Notes: generated by a model not told the origin, from the sequence alone. A stretch of DNA of 64,000 nucleotides from Bacteroidota bacterium (GCA_017303995.1 JAFLBE010000009.1:13993-77992), one strand, 5' to 3'. Shown: positions 19,379-29,895, counted from the stretch's first letter. Numbers and translations: made by a program.

Positions 19379-20899
19379 ATGTCCTCCAACTCTCCGTCTC
19401 AGACAAATGACTATCCAATGTCTCTTGATAAGCCACAGGAATATTGCGGTATTTTTGGAATTTTCAACCATCCAAATGCTGCCGTCCTTACTTATTACGG
19501 GCTACATGCACTCCAGCACCGGGGTCAGGAAGCAGCCGGGATTGTAACCGTCAGCAAAGATCCTGAGAAAAAAAAGAAGCAAATGAATGCGTATCGTGGC
19601 CTGGGGTTGGTAACAGACGTATTCAGAAATCCGAAATTGTGGGAAGATATTCTCAAAGGTGATATGGCTATTGGCCATAACCGGTACTCAACGTCTGGGT
19701 CATCGAATAAAATTGCCAATATTCAACCGTTTCAGGTTCATTATAAAAGTGGCAACATTGCGCTTGGTCACAACGGGAATCTGTCCAACATCCGTGAAAT
19801 CAGAAACCGGCTGATTGAAGAAGGAACAATTTTTCAGTCTTCAACCGATTCTGAAGTTTTTCTTCACCTGATCGCAAAATCAATCGAACATGATCAGGTT
19901 GCCCAGATCCGTCATGCTTTGCTGCAGGTAAAAGGTGCATATTGTTTAGTCATCCTTACCGAAGATAAACTGATTGCTGTTCGTGATCCGAACGGTTTCC
20001 GGCCATTAAGTCTGGGTATTAAAGACGGTGCATATGTCGTTGCAAGTGAAACCTGTGCATTTGATATTATTGGCGCCGAATACATCAGAGAAATTGAACA
20101 CGGCGAAATGCTGGTGATTGACCGTGATGAAAATAATCAGGTCAGGATGCAATCGTATTTTCTTCCCCGCCCGGAACGTACGTCAAAATGTATTTTCGAA
20201 TTTGTCTACTTTTCACGTCCTGACAGTAAAATATTTGGAGAATCGGTGGATAAAGTCCGCCGGAAACTCGGGAAAAATCTGGCTCTTGAAACGCCGGTAA
20301 AAACTGAGGGTGACGAAAAGGTATTCGTGATTTCAGTACCCGATTCATCAAATACTGCAACACTTGGCTTTGTGACTGAATCGCAAAAGCAGGGAATCAA
20401 TGCCCGTTATGAACTTGGCCTGATCAGAAACCATTATGTCGGCCGTACATTCATCCATCCTGAAGAAAGTGGCCGTGGATTGAAAGTCCGCACCAAATTC
20501 AATCCGGTTCGTGGCGTGATTGAAGGACGAAAAATTGTGGTTGTTGATGATTCTATCGTTCGTGGAACCACTTCAGAAAATCTGATGAAGTTGATTCGTG
20601 AAGCCAACCCAAAAGAAATCCATTTCCGGGTTTCATCCCCACCAATTAAATTTCCGTGTTATTACGGACTCGATTTCCCCGATCCAGAGAAACTCATTGC
20701 CAATGAATGTGGCGGTGACATCAAGAAAATTGCAGAAAAAATCGGCGTCGATACGCTAGAATATTTATCACTTGAAGGTATGGTTTCTGCCTGCGGTTTT
20801 GATGGTGATCCAGAAAAATCTGGTTTCTGCACCGCCTGTTTCAGTGGCAAATATCCGGTCAGTATTGAAGAAGGAATCGGAAAAGAAGAAAATGACTGA
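19379..20899 (+). CDS. purF: amidophosphoribosyltransferase
   Basis: The N-terminal nucleophile is CGIFGIF, with the glutamine amidotransferase class-II domain, the PRTase motif VVVDDSIVRGTT, and a C-terminal Cys cluster for an Fe-S centre. The long N-terminal ORF extension from 19154 was rejected. Confidence 0.85.
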   Translation: MSSNSPSQTNDYPMSLDKPQEYCGIFGIFNHPNAAVLTYYGLHALQHRGQEAAGIVTVSKDPEKKKKQMNAYRGLGLVTDVFRNPKLWEDILKGDMAIGHNRYSTSGSSNKIANIQPFQVHYKSGNIALGHNGNLSNIREIRNRLIEEGTIFQSSTDSEVFLHLIAKSIEHDQVAQIRHALLQVKGAYCLVILTEDKLIAVRDPNGFRPLSLGIKDGAYVVASETCAFDIIGAEYIREIEHGEMLVIDRDENNQVRMQSYFLPRPERTSKCIFEFVYFSRPDSKIFGESVDKVRRKLGKNLALETPVKTEGDEKVFVISVPDSSNTATLGFVTESQKQGINARYELGLIRNHYVGRTFIHPEESGRGLKVRTKFNPVRGVIEGRKIVVVDDSIVRGTTSENLMKLIREANPKEIHFRVSSPPIKFPCYYGLDFPDPEKLIANECGGDIKKIAEKIGVDTLEYLSLEGMVSACGFDGDPEKSGFCTACFSGKYPVSIEEGIGKEEND

Positions 20900-21926
20900 T
20901 TCCGGTCGTTCAAATCAGGAAAGTTTGTCGATTTCAATTGAGCAGGATCAGGAAGAAAAACAATCAGGTTCATTTTCACCGGTGAAAGATTTGCGCTGGT
21001 TGGTTCTTGATTTGATTTTTCTCATGAGACCTACTCAATTTTTCCCGATTTGGGCTACACTGACTGCCGGGTTTGTTGTTCCTCAGGTTTCTTTCCAATC
21101 TGTTTCTTTTTTTTCGATTGGTTTTACATCCGATTTCTGGCTGACACTATTAAGTGTTTCGCTTGGAAGTGGTGCCGTTTTCATTTACAATCAGGTTGAA
21201 GATGTCGAATCTGATTTCATAAACGGCAAGCTGATGATTTTAAATTTCGGACTTATTACCGAAAATGTGGCATTGTGGTTTGGACATTCTATTGCAGCAG
21301 TTTCTCTTTTTATTGCAGCAAGTGTAAGTTATGAATTATTATATATTTATATTGCTTGCGGTGTTTTAGGTCTGGCTTACAATTTTTATCCGTTTTCATT
21401 AAAAAATAATCCATACTCTGCCATTGTTGTAAATGCACTTGGTGGATTTTTGTGTTTTCTTGCCGGATCTGTTTCAGCTTCAGACTCTTTAACAGTTCTG
21501 ATTGGCACTGCAATTCCATACGGACTTGCCTGGGGTGCTGTGTTTGCCTTGGTAACGGTACCTGATCAGGCAGGTGATCAAAAAACCGGAAAGAAAACCC
21601 TTACGGTTGTGAAAGGAGAAGGCTTTACCCGGCATTTTGCTTTTTGGGTAAATGCTGTGGCAGTTGCAATTGCTGTTTATTTTAAGGATCCTGTTTTTCT
21701 TTTTGCTGGAATCGTTTCACTTCCATTTTATTTTAGAATTTTGAAAGCACAAAAGGGTTCGGGGATATTTTTTCCGGTGAAACTGTCTTTCGTTTTGTTG
21801 CTTTTAGGGTCTTCAGTCTTCGTTCCGGTTTTTTTTATTCTGAATTCAGTTAACTTTGCAATTTGCCGTTTGTATTACCGGTTCAGATTTCGCCTTGATT
21901 ATCCAAGTTTTTCAGCTGTACAATGA
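20892..21926 (+). CDS. UbiA-family integral-membrane prenyltransferase
   Basis: It is a multi-TM protein with the two Asp-rich UbiA motifs: NQVEDVESD for the first and VPDQAGDQKTGKKTL (D-x-x-G-D-x-x-x-G-x-x-T-L) for the second. The start overlaps the purF stop. Confidence 0.6.
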   Translation: MTDSGRSNQESLSISIEQDQEEKQSGSFSPVKDLRWLVLDLIFLMRPTQFFPIWATLTAGFVVPQVSFQSVSFFSIGFTSDFWLTLLSVSLGSGAVFIYNQVEDVESDFINGKLMILNFGLITENVALWFGHSIAAVSLFIAASVSYELLYIYIACGVLGLAYNFYPFSLKNNPYSAIVVNALGGFLCFLAGSVSASDSLTVLIGTAIPYGLAWGAVFALVTVPDQAGDQKTGKKTLTVVKGEGFTRHFAFWVNAVAVAIAVYFKDPVFLFAGIVSLPFYFRILKAQKGSGIFFPVKLSFVLLLLGSSVFVPVFFILNSVNFAICRLYYRFRFRLDYPSFSAVQ

Positions 21927-21948
21927 AAAATAAAAACAGAATTGCTTC

Positions 21949-22497
21949 ATGATTTATCCAACTGATCGTTTCTGGACGATATCAAATTTATTCAGTCTGT
22001 CCCGGATTTTTATAGTCCTGCCGGCTGTTTGGCTGCTATTTGAAAAAACAGAAACCGGAAATTTGTGGGCTACCATATTATTGGTAATTGCAGCTATCAC
22101 TGATGGGCTGGATGGTTTCATTGCCCGAAAATTTAACCAGGTTTCTGACTGGGGAAAAATCCTGGATCCGCTTTCAGACAAAATTTGCATTACCATTGTG
22201 ATTTTTTCTTTACTCTGGCTGAATATTTTACCGTTATGGTTTGTACTCCTGGTTGCTGGGCGGGATGTTTTGATTTTCATTGGTGGAATTTATTTCAAGA
22301 AACGTGTTGGCTACATTCCAATGAGTGTTCCAAGCGGAAAATTTGCTGTCTTTTTTACGGGTTTTACCCTTTTGTTCGCCATTCTGAATGTCGAACCCTG
22401 GTATCACTATTTCCTTTACCTCAGTGTTCTTCTGCTTTTATATTCGTTTGGTGAATATTCAGTCAGAATGAGTCGCGAATTAAAAAAAGTCCCCTGA
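21949..22497 (+). CDS. CDP-alcohol phosphatidyltransferase family protein (PgsA-like)
   Basis: The signature D-G-x2-A-R-x8-G-x3-D-x3-D is present (DGLDGFIARKFNQVSDWGKILDPLSDK). It is ~180 aa and multi-TM, like PgsA. Confidence 0.7.
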   Translation: MIYPTDRFWTISNLFSLSRIFIVLPAVWLLFEKTETGNLWATILLVIAAITDGLDGFIARKFNQVSDWGKILDPLSDKICITIVIFSLLWLNILPLWFVLLVAGRDVLIFIGGIYFKKRVGYIPMSVPSGKFAVFFTGFTLLFAILNVEPWYHYFLYLSVLLLLYSFGEYSVRMSRELKKVP

Positions 22498-22498
22498 A

Positions 22499-23470
22499 AT
22501 GCTAAAATGGTTTAACCGGCAGGAAGAAACTGCCCGAATTGAAAAAGGTCTCGACAAGACCAAACAATCCATCTTTGGAACCCTCCACAAATTTTTCCTC
22601 GGAAAACGAAAAGTTGATGATGCCTTTCTTGATGATCTTGAAGATATTCTGATCACTGGTGATGTAGGCGTTAAAACAACGCTTGAAATTATTGACCGGC
22701 TTCGTGAAAAAGTGGCAAAAGAAGCCTTTACTTCCGAAGATGAACTGATTAGCCAACTTCATGACACCGTCGTAACCATTTTAAAATCAGGAATGAACGG
22801 AGTTGAATCCTTCGATCATTTCATGGAAAAAAACGACGCAAAAAAGCCATATGTGCTTCTGATTGTTGGGGTTAACGGCGTTGGGAAGACAACCACAATT
22901 GGCAAACTGGCGCATCTTTTTAATTCGCTGGGTAAAAAAGTAGTCTTAGGTGCCGCTGATACATTTCGTGCTGCAGCTGCCGAACAATTGGAAATTTGGG
23001 CGAAAAGAGCTGACGTCAGAATTGTTGTTCACCAGGATGGGGCCGATCCGGCATCTGTGGCTTTCGATACCGTTCAGTCTGCGGTTGCCAGAAAAGAAGA
23101 TATTGTTATCATCGATACGGCCGGCAGACTTCATAATAAACTCCACCTCATGGAAGAACTCAATAAAATTCAGCGTTCTGTTGAAAAAGTCCTTCCAGGT
23201 GCGCCGCATGATGTGTTTTTGATTTTAGATGCTTCGACGGGACAAAATGCGCTGGTTCAGGCAAGAGAATTTTCAAAAGTTGTTACCATTTCAGGGTTGG
23301 TTCTCACCAAACTGGATGGAACCGCCAAAGGTGGAATTGTGCTTGGTATTTGTAATGAATTGAAAACTCCGGTCCGTTTTATCGGAATCGGTGAAAAAAT
23401 AGATGATCTCCGGCCATTTGATCCGGATATTTTTGTGGATGCATTGTTTGAAGGTGTCGGGAAATCATGA
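22499..23470 (+). CDS. ftsY: signal recognition particle receptor FtsY
   Basis: The NG domain has the GTPase motifs GVNGVGKTTT, DTAGR and TKLDG. Confidence 0.9.
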   Translation: MLKWFNRQEETARIEKGLDKTKQSIFGTLHKFFLGKRKVDDAFLDDLEDILITGDVGVKTTLEIIDRLREKVAKEAFTSEDELISQLHDTVVTILKSGMNGVESFDHFMEKNDAKKPYVLLIVGVNGVGKTTTIGKLAHLFNSLGKKVVLGAADTFRAAAAEQLEIWAKRADVRIVVHQDGADPASVAFDTVQSAVARKEDIVIIDTAGRLHNKLHLMEELNKIQRSVEKVLPGAPHDVFLILDASTGQNALVQAREFSKVVTISGLVLTKLDGTAKGGIVLGICNELKTPVRFIGIGEKIDDLRPFDPDIFVDALFEGVGKS

Positions 23471-24798
23471 GTTTAACAGGTGTTCGGTCAATCAGTAAAA
23501 AAATTAAAAAGGGACAGTTCCCAACGGTGAATATTATTACCATGGGATGTTCAAAAAACCTGGTTGATTCAGAAGAAATGATGAGACAATTTCAGGGTAA
23601 CCAGTTTAAAATTTCTCATGAGTCAGAAAATGCTGATATCATCATTATTAATACCTGCGGGTTTATTGATGCTGCCAAGGAAGAATCGATAAATACCATT
23701 CTCGATGCAGTTGATCTGAAAGAAAATGGTACCGTCAGTAAGGTTCTGGTAACCGGTTGCTTGATCGAGAGGTTTAAATCTGATCTGGAAAGGGAATTAC
23801 CGGAAGTTGACAAATTTTTCGGTACCAATCAGCTGAATGCTGTCCTCGAAGAACTGGGTGCCGTTTATAAAAAAGAACTGGTTGGCGAACGGCTGATTAC
23901 AACGCCCAAACACTTCGCCTACATGAAAATCAGTGAGGGTTGTGATCATCCCTGCTCGTTTTGTGCTATCCCGTTAATGCGTGGCAAACACGTTTCAAAA
24001 CCAATTGATCAGATCATCAAAGAAGCTCAGTTTCTGGCCGGACAGGGCGTAAAAGAACTGAATCTCATCGCTCAGGATCTCACCTTTTATGGTATGGATC
24101 AGACCGGGAAAAGAACACTGGCGCCAATGCTGCGTGAACTTGCTCAGGTTGATGGCATTGAATGGATCCGGTTAAACTATGCCTATCCCAACAATTTCCC
24201 CATGGAAATGATTGAAGTGATGGCCTCAGAATCCAAAATCTGTAATTATCTTGATATGCCTATTCAGCATTTATCGAGTCAGGTTTTAAAGGATATGCGC
24301 CGGGGAATTACCCGTGAGCGCACTGAAACTCTGATTAAAGATATCCGGTCAATTATTCCTGACATTACCTTGAGGACAACTTTGATCGTTGGTTTTCCTT
24401 CTGAAGGAGAAAAAGAATTTAACGAACTCGCTGAAGGAATTCAGGACTTAAAATTCGATCGGTTAGGTACTTTTACCTATTCGCAGGAAGAAAACACAAC
24501 TGCCGTTCCGTTGGGTGATCCGGTTCCGAAAGAAGAAAAAGAACGTCGTCAGAAAACGATCATGGAAATTCAGGGAAAAATTTCCCGTGAAAAAAATGAA
24601 GCGAAAATTGGCAAAACAGTAAAAGTGATTGTTGACCGTCAGGATGAAGACTGGCTTGTTGGCCGCACTGAAGCAGACGGGCCTGAAGTAGACAATGAAG
24701 TAATCATTCAGGAAGGACATGCACTTCCGGGTACTTTTGTCAATGTAGAAATTGTTGATGCTGAAGATTTTGATCTTTTCGGGCGAATCGTTTCTTAA
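23467..24798 (+). CDS. rimO: ribosomal protein S12 methylthiotransferase RimO (MiaB-like radical SAM)
   Basis: It has the MTTase N-domain, the radical-SAM CxxxCxxC motif (CDHPCSFCAI), and a C-terminal TRAM domain. The length and layout resemble RimO. Confidence 0.75.
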   Translation: MSLTGVRSISKKIKKGQFPTVNIITMGCSKNLVDSEEMMRQFQGNQFKISHESENADIIIINTCGFIDAAKEESINTILDAVDLKENGTVSKVLVTGCLIERFKSDLERELPEVDKFFGTNQLNAVLEELGAVYKKELVGERLITTPKHFAYMKISEGCDHPCSFCAIPLMRGKHVSKPIDQIIKEAQFLAGQGVKELNLIAQDLTFYGMDQTGKRTLAPMLRELAQVDGIEWIRLNYAYPNNFPMEMIEVMASESKICNYLDMPIQHLSSQVLKDMRRGITRERTETLIKDIRSIIPDITLRTTLIVGFPSEGEKEFNELAEGIQDLKFDRLGTFTYSQEENTTAVPLGDPVPKEEKERRQKTIMEIQGKISREKNEAKIGKTVKVIVDRQDEDWLVGRTEADGPEVDNEVIIQEGHALPGTFVNVEIVDAEDFDLFGRIVS

Positions 24799-24941
24799 TC
24801 GGGTTATTGGTAAACACAAAAACGGCCATTTTGAGGCTAGTGTTACGATTAGACTTTGAAGATTCTTTTAGAATAAATAAAATTACTTTGTATTTTTATC
24901 ATAATTATCGCAATCCTCTCATTTTTAGTTATCGGTTCTGA

Positions 24942-25661
24942 ATGCTGAAAAGAATTAAGCAAGACTGGGCAGTTTTCATTGGAATTTGCAAACTCATAAA
25001 ATTCGGTTTCATTTTTATTTCTAAAAAGGATCCAAAACAGCAGGAACAGGTCATTCGGGATTGCTTTAAAGAATTAGTCAGATACTGGAAGGTTCAAATA
25101 ACGGTTGAAGGTGCAGAACATGCTGATCATCATGAACAGTATGTGATTATTTCAAACCATCAGAGCCAAATGGATATTCCGGTTTTATATCAGGCAATTC
25201 CTGTTCCCATGCGGATGGCCGCCAAACACCAGTTATTTCAGATTCCGCTTTTTGGGTATTTTTTAAAACACGGCGGGTTTATTCCCATTTATCGTGGAAA
25301 CAGTACTGCAGCAATCAGAGCTTTGAATCAATCAAAAGATTTATTTCAAAAAGGACTTTCACTTTTTATGGCTCCGGAAGGAACCCGGTCAAAAACCGGT
25401 GACTTTCTGAAGTTTAAAAAAGGTCCCTTCGTGATGGCAATTGAACATCAGAAGCCTATTCTCCCGATTGTCCTTATTGGCACCCGGGATGTCGTCAGAC
25501 ATGGAAGCCTCCGGATTTATCAGGAATTTCCCATCCACGTGAAAATCTTGCCTCCGATACCGGTCAACGGATTAACCTACAAAGACCGGGAAGCTTTACT
25601 TGAACGGGCATTCAAAGAAATGTCGGCCGTTTATAAGGAAGGAACAAGGGATGTCAGGTAA
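24942..25661 (+). CDS. plsC: 1-acyl-sn-glycerol-3-phosphate acyltransferase
   Basis: The acyltransferase motifs are NHQSQMD (HX4D) and FMAPEGTRS. Confidence 0.75.
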   Translation: MLKRIKQDWAVFIGICKLIKFGFIFISKKDPKQQEQVIRDCFKELVRYWKVQITVEGAEHADHHEQYVIISNHQSQMDIPVLYQAIPVPMRMAAKHQLFQIPLFGYFLKHGGFIPIYRGNSTAAIRALNQSKDLFQKGLSLFMAPEGTRSKTGDFLKFKKGPFVMAIEHQKPILPIVLIGTRDVVRHGSLRIYQEFPIHVKILPPIPVNGLTYKDREALLERAFKEMSAVYKEGTRDVR

Positions 25662-26655
25662 CCAATCGATCACTCTCACCTTTGATGACCAGCGGGTTGT
25701 TTCAGGTCATCCGCAATGGGACGAAATTCTCAACGAGTTTAAAAAAAGCAGGGATATTCAAACCTGGATTTCTTCAACCGATTTTGATGTGTTTGAAACC
25801 CGTTGGGATGGTAACTCTCCCTTCGACTGGTGTATCAAATTTTCAACAAGTCTGGTTACCCGATATTATTTGATTTCGTTTGATCCAAAAGAAAAAACAG
25901 CAAAAGTAACTCCCCTGATTAATTTTCTTGAGTATCAGGAGTTTCTTAATATCGAGTATAAAACCCCCGGAATTAAGAAAACACTCAGTTCTTTTCTGCA
26001 TGACTTCAACAATCACCTTACCGTATTGCTTCCCAATATGGAAGCAGCCCAGATGTTTAGCAGCCACGAGGCTAAGAATTATAAATATCTGGTTTCTTCA
26101 ATGAAGGGCATGGATAACCTGAATGCCTATGCAAATCTGGTATCGTCCCTTTGCAGGTCACCACGGGCTATGATCCGGTTTTTTAATATTGCCCCGCTTA
26201 TGGTTGAAATTAAAAATGAAATTCTTGAAAAATATCCGGGATTATCCGTTTCTTTTTCAATTGACGAAGATTATAAAATTGCCTTTTATCAGGAGTTCTT
26301 TAAAGATCTGATTCATGTTTTTCTGAAAAATGCATGGGAAAACAAACCGGATGACCATGTTTCACTTGCTTTTGAATCCTTTTCACAACCAAACAGCAAT
26401 TGTCTGCCTGACTTTGAATTAAACCGGGGTGAATACCTCAGATTGAAAATTTTCCAAACAGGACCCGGTCCCTCACTCGAAACCCGTTCAAGAATGTATG
26501 ATCCGTTTTTTACTACCCGCAGCAAAGGAAAAGATGAAGGAATTGGATTGACTCTGGCGAAAAATATGATGGACAGTTCTAATGGAACTTTGAAGTTTTT
26601 TCCGTCGTCGGAATCGTGTTATTTCCAATTAACCTTTCAGCGTGCAAACACATGA
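25651..26655 (+). CDS. sensor histidine kinase (soluble, with an uncharacterised N-terminal domain and no cognate response regulator nearby)
   Basis: The H-box is LHDFNNHLTVLL and the HATPase_c G-box is GIGLTLAKNMMDSSNG. There are no TM segments. The stop overlaps the gldA-like start (ATGA). Confidence 0.65.
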   Translation: MSGNQSITLTFDDQRVVSGHPQWDEILNEFKKSRDIQTWISSTDFDVFETRWDGNSPFDWCIKFSTSLVTRYYLISFDPKEKTAKVTPLINFLEYQEFLNIEYKTPGIKKTLSSFLHDFNNHLTVLLPNMEAAQMFSSHEAKNYKYLVSSMKGMDNLNAYANLVSSLCRSPRAMIRFFNIAPLMVEIKNEILEKYPGLSVSFSIDEDYKIAFYQEFFKDLIHVFLKNAWENKPDDHVSLAFESFSQPNSNCLPDFELNRGEYLRLKIFQTGPGPSLETRSRMYDPFFTTRSKGKDEGIGLTLAKNMMDSSNGTLKFFPSSESCYFQLTFQRANT

Positions 26656-27602
26656 GTATTATTGCCAAAGAGTTAACAAAAAAGTACGGGTCTTTTACTG
26701 CAGTTGATTCTGCTTCTTTTACCATTCAAACCGGCGAAATTGTCGGGTTTCTTGGGCCAAACGGCGCCGGTAAAACAACAACCATGAAAATGCTGACCGG
26801 AATTCTGAAACCGACTTCAGGAACCGCAGAAATTAATGGTTTTGATGTGCTTACCGATCCTGAATCCGTCCGAAAAGAAATTGGCTTCCTTCCCGAAAAC
26901 AACCCACTTTACCTCGATCTCACCGTCAACGAATACCTCGATTACAGTGCCAGAATCAGTGGGGTAAAGCCTGCAGACGTTTCCGGTCGGATGGATACTA
27001 TGATTCAGCTTTGCGGACTTGAATCCGTCCATAAAAAAATTATCGGAACCTTGTCAAAAGGATACCGGCAAAGGGTTGGTCTGGCTCAGGCATTGGTTCA
27101 TAATCCGTCTGTACTTATTCTTGATGAACCCACAACCGGACTTGACCCCAACCAGATACTTGAAATCAGAGATTTGATTTTAAATCTTGGCAAAGAAAAA
27201 ACCGTACTGCTTTCAACACATATTCTTCAGGAAGTGGAAGCCATTTGCAGCCGTGTTCTGATCATCAATGAAGGTGAGATTGTTGCTGACGGAACGCCTT
27301 CAGATCTGCAAAACCAGTTTAAAGGCGGGGTTGCCTGGTATCTTGAATTTGCCAACGATCTGGTTATTTTTCAGGAAGAAATCAGGAAGCAATATCCCGA
27401 AATGATGATGGAAGTCATTGCGATGAGTGATGAAAAAAACCTTGTCAAATTTACAACTCTACAAGATGATCAGTTAAACCGGAAGTTATACCGGTTCTGC
27501 AACGACCACCAGGTTGACCTTCTTCAGCTTTATAAAGAAGAAAGTAATCTGGAAGATATTTTCAGAAGACTGACCATCACCACAGAATCCCGCTCAAATT
27601 GA
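26652..27602 (+). CDS. gldA: ABC transporter ATP-binding protein, gliding-motility GldA-like
   Basis: Walker A is GPNGAGKTTT, with an ABC signature and Walker B LILDEPTTGLD. The N-terminus closely resembles Flavobacterium GldA (MSI..LTK.YG...AV...SF....GEI.GFLGPNGAGK.TTMK.LTG). Confidence 0.7.
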   Translation: MSIIAKELTKKYGSFTAVDSASFTIQTGEIVGFLGPNGAGKTTTMKMLTGILKPTSGTAEINGFDVLTDPESVRKEIGFLPENNPLYLDLTVNEYLDYSARISGVKPADVSGRMDTMIQLCGLESVHKKIIGTLSKGYRQRVGLAQALVHNPSVLILDEPTTGLDPNQILEIRDLILNLGKEKTVLLSTHILQEVEAICSRVLIINEGEIVADGTPSDLQNQFKGGVAWYLEFANDLVIFQEEIRKQYPEMMMEVIAMSDEKNLVKFTTLQDDQLNRKLYRFCNDHQVDLLQLYKEESNLEDIFRRLTITTESRSN

Positions 27603-27621
27603 ATTAAATGGAGAATCTGCT

Positions 27622-28335
27622 ATGAATCCCTCTCTGGCGGCAGTGTTCCGCAAAGAGTTAAAATTATTTTTTAACACACCGGTGGCCTTCATTGCGACGG
27701 TCATTTTTCTCGTTTTCGTTGGTTGGTTTTTTAACTCAACTTTATTCCTGGAAAACGCTGCTTCGATGCGCACGTTGTTCACTGTTGCACCGTTTGCGTT
27801 TCTTTTTTTTATTCCGGCACTCACCATGAAGTTGTTTTCTGAAGAACTGAAATCGGGAACCTATGATTTGCTGGTTTCCAAGCCGGTTACCCTTCCGCAG
27901 GTCATCGCCGGTAAATTTCTTGCAACCATGGCGGTAATTTCGGTTTTTCTGGCTCCAACTCTCATGTATGCCATCACAATTGGGTCATTGGCTCCGCTCG
28001 ACTGGGGAACAGTTATTGGCGGATATCTGGGGCTTCTCCTGATCGGTGGCATTTACACTTCGGTTGGGATTTTTACTTCAACACTGACTGAAAACCAGAT
28101 TGTTGCGTTTATTTCCGGATTTGTACTTTGCTTTCTTTTGTACACCGCCGACCGGATTGGTATGTTTGTTCCCTCAGCAATCAGTGGTTTTTTTCAATTT
28201 CTTTCTGTAAACGTTCATTTTTCTGCAATTTCACGTGGCGTCATTGATTCCCGTGATCTCATTTATTCGTTTAGTATGATGGTTTTATTCCTGACTTTCT
28301 CGTACCTCATTCTTTTAAAGAGAAAGGAAAACTGA
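27622..28335 (+). CDS. gldF: ABC-2 family permease, GldF-like
   Basis: It is a 6-TM ABC-2 permease immediately after the gldA-like gene. Confidence 0.55.
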   Translation: MNPSLAAVFRKELKLFFNTPVAFIATVIFLVFVGWFFNSTLFLENAASMRTLFTVAPFAFLFFIPALTMKLFSEELKSGTYDLLVSKPVTLPQVIAGKFLATMAVISVFLAPTLMYAITIGSLAPLDWGTVIGGYLGLLLIGGIYTSVGIFTSTLTENQIVAFISGFVLCFLLYTADRIGMFVPSAISGFFQFLSVNVHFSAISRGVIDSRDLIYSFSMMVLFLTFSYLILLKRKEN

Positions 28336-28336
28336 A

Positions 28337-29833
28337 ATGAACTTTCTGAAATCCCTTTCCCCAAAACAAAAATCAGGTTTGGTTATTTTACTCATCGTGA
28401 TCCTGAATCTGGTTTCTTATGTGTTCTTTTTCAGACTTGACCTCACAAAAAATGAGTTGTACACCATTTCAAAAGCCACCCGTGGGCTGATGAAAAGTCT
28501 TGACGATAAAGTAACTGTAAAAGTTTATTTTACAGATAACCTGCCGGCACCGTATTCAACCAACCGCAGGTATCTTGAAGATCAGCTTGAAGAACTCAGA
28601 AGTTACTCTGATGGAAAACTGAACTTCCAGATGATGGATCCTGCCGGAAGTCCTGAACTGGAAAAACAGGTAGAGTCTGCTCAAATTCCGGCTTTGCAGG
28701 TTCAAGTTATTGACAATGACAAAATGGAATCCAAAAAAGCTTACATGGGTCTTGAAATCCTTTATGAGGATAAAAAAGAAACCATGCCGGTTCTTCAGCA
28801 GCTTGAAAATTTTGAGTTTGAATTTGCTACCACTTTAAACAGGATGGTGAATAAAAAGTTGCCTGTCCTCGCTACGTCTGCAGATTTTGGTATGCAGGGT
28901 TGGGAAGGAAAGCAAAGTATTCAGCAGTATCTGGGCAAACAATTTCAGCTTGAAACCATCTCGATTTCAGATTCTGCCGGAATTACCGATTCACTAAACA
29001 GTTTGATTTTATTTACACCAAAAGATTCACTTTCTGATGTTGCAAAAAAGAATATTAAATCCTTCCTGAGTCGTGGCGGAAAACTGGCCTGGTTTTTTGA
29101 CCGTGTGTCTGTTAATCCACAAAACCAACAAGCATCCGGATTAAATAATGGCATGGATTCTATCTTTTCGGATTATGGTATCACCATTTCAGATAATCTG
29201 GTTCTTGATTTGCAATGTGCTGCAATCAGTGTACCACAACAGGTTGGGATGTTTCAGTTTAACAATCAGGTTCAATTTCCTTATTTACCTGTAATTTCTG
29301 CAGTTAATCAGGAAAGTGAACTTTCCCGGGGAATTTCGGTTGTGACCCCAATTTTTGCCTCTGAAATTTCTATTGGCAAAGTTCCTGAATCACTTTCGGT
29401 AACCCAGGTCCTTTCAACAAGCAGCAAGTCAAAACGTGCCGTTGGTTTCTATCTGCTTGATCCGTTTCAGGAATGGACTGAAGCATCCTTCACTGAAAAA
29501 AATCTACCGGTTGCCCTTTCGTTAGAAGGTAAGTTTGGAAACGATGAAAAAACTGGCAAGTTGTTTCTGATGACGGACGGGGAATTGGTAAATGAGGATT
29601 TTATTCAGAATGGTGCCAGTATTCCGTTTTTCATGAATGTGCTGTACTACATTTCCGATGACAAAGGCTTGCTTGCCATTCCATCCAAAAAAGATTTTGT
29701 TGTTCCCCTGCCAGAAATGGCACCGGCCGCAAAACAATCAGTGAAATATGCTAACCTGATTTTACCCCCTGTTCTGATTCTGATCTGGGGAGTTGTTCGC
29801 TGGCGGAACCGGAAAAGGGCATCTGAATCCTGA
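28337..29833 (+). CDS. gldG: GldG-like ABC transporter auxiliary component
   Basis: It has N- and C-terminal TM anchors flanking a large periplasmic domain. Its position after the gldF-like gene fits the GldG family layout. Confidence 0.55.
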   Translation: MNFLKSLSPKQKSGLVILLIVILNLVSYVFFFRLDLTKNELYTISKATRGLMKSLDDKVTVKVYFTDNLPAPYSTNRRYLEDQLEELRSYSDGKLNFQMMDPAGSPELEKQVESAQIPALQVQVIDNDKMESKKAYMGLEILYEDKKETMPVLQQLENFEFEFATTLNRMVNKKLPVLATSADFGMQGWEGKQSIQQYLGKQFQLETISISDSAGITDSLNSLILFTPKDSLSDVAKKNIKSFLSRGGKLAWFFDRVSVNPQNQQASGLNNGMDSIFSDYGITISDNLVLDLQCAAISVPQQVGMFQFNNQVQFPYLPVISAVNQESELSRGISVVTPIFASEISIGKVPESLSVTQVLSTSSKSKRAVGFYLLDPFQEWTEASFTEKNLPVALSLEGKFGNDEKTGKLFLMTDGELVNEDFIQNGASIPFFMNVLYYISDDKGLLAIPSKKDFVVPLPEMAPAAKQSVKYANLILPPVLILIWGVVRWRNRKRASES

Positions 29834-29895
29834 AAAATGGGATTCAGAATTTCAGTGAGTCTTATTAATTCTAAAGTCAATTCAAATTGTAGACT

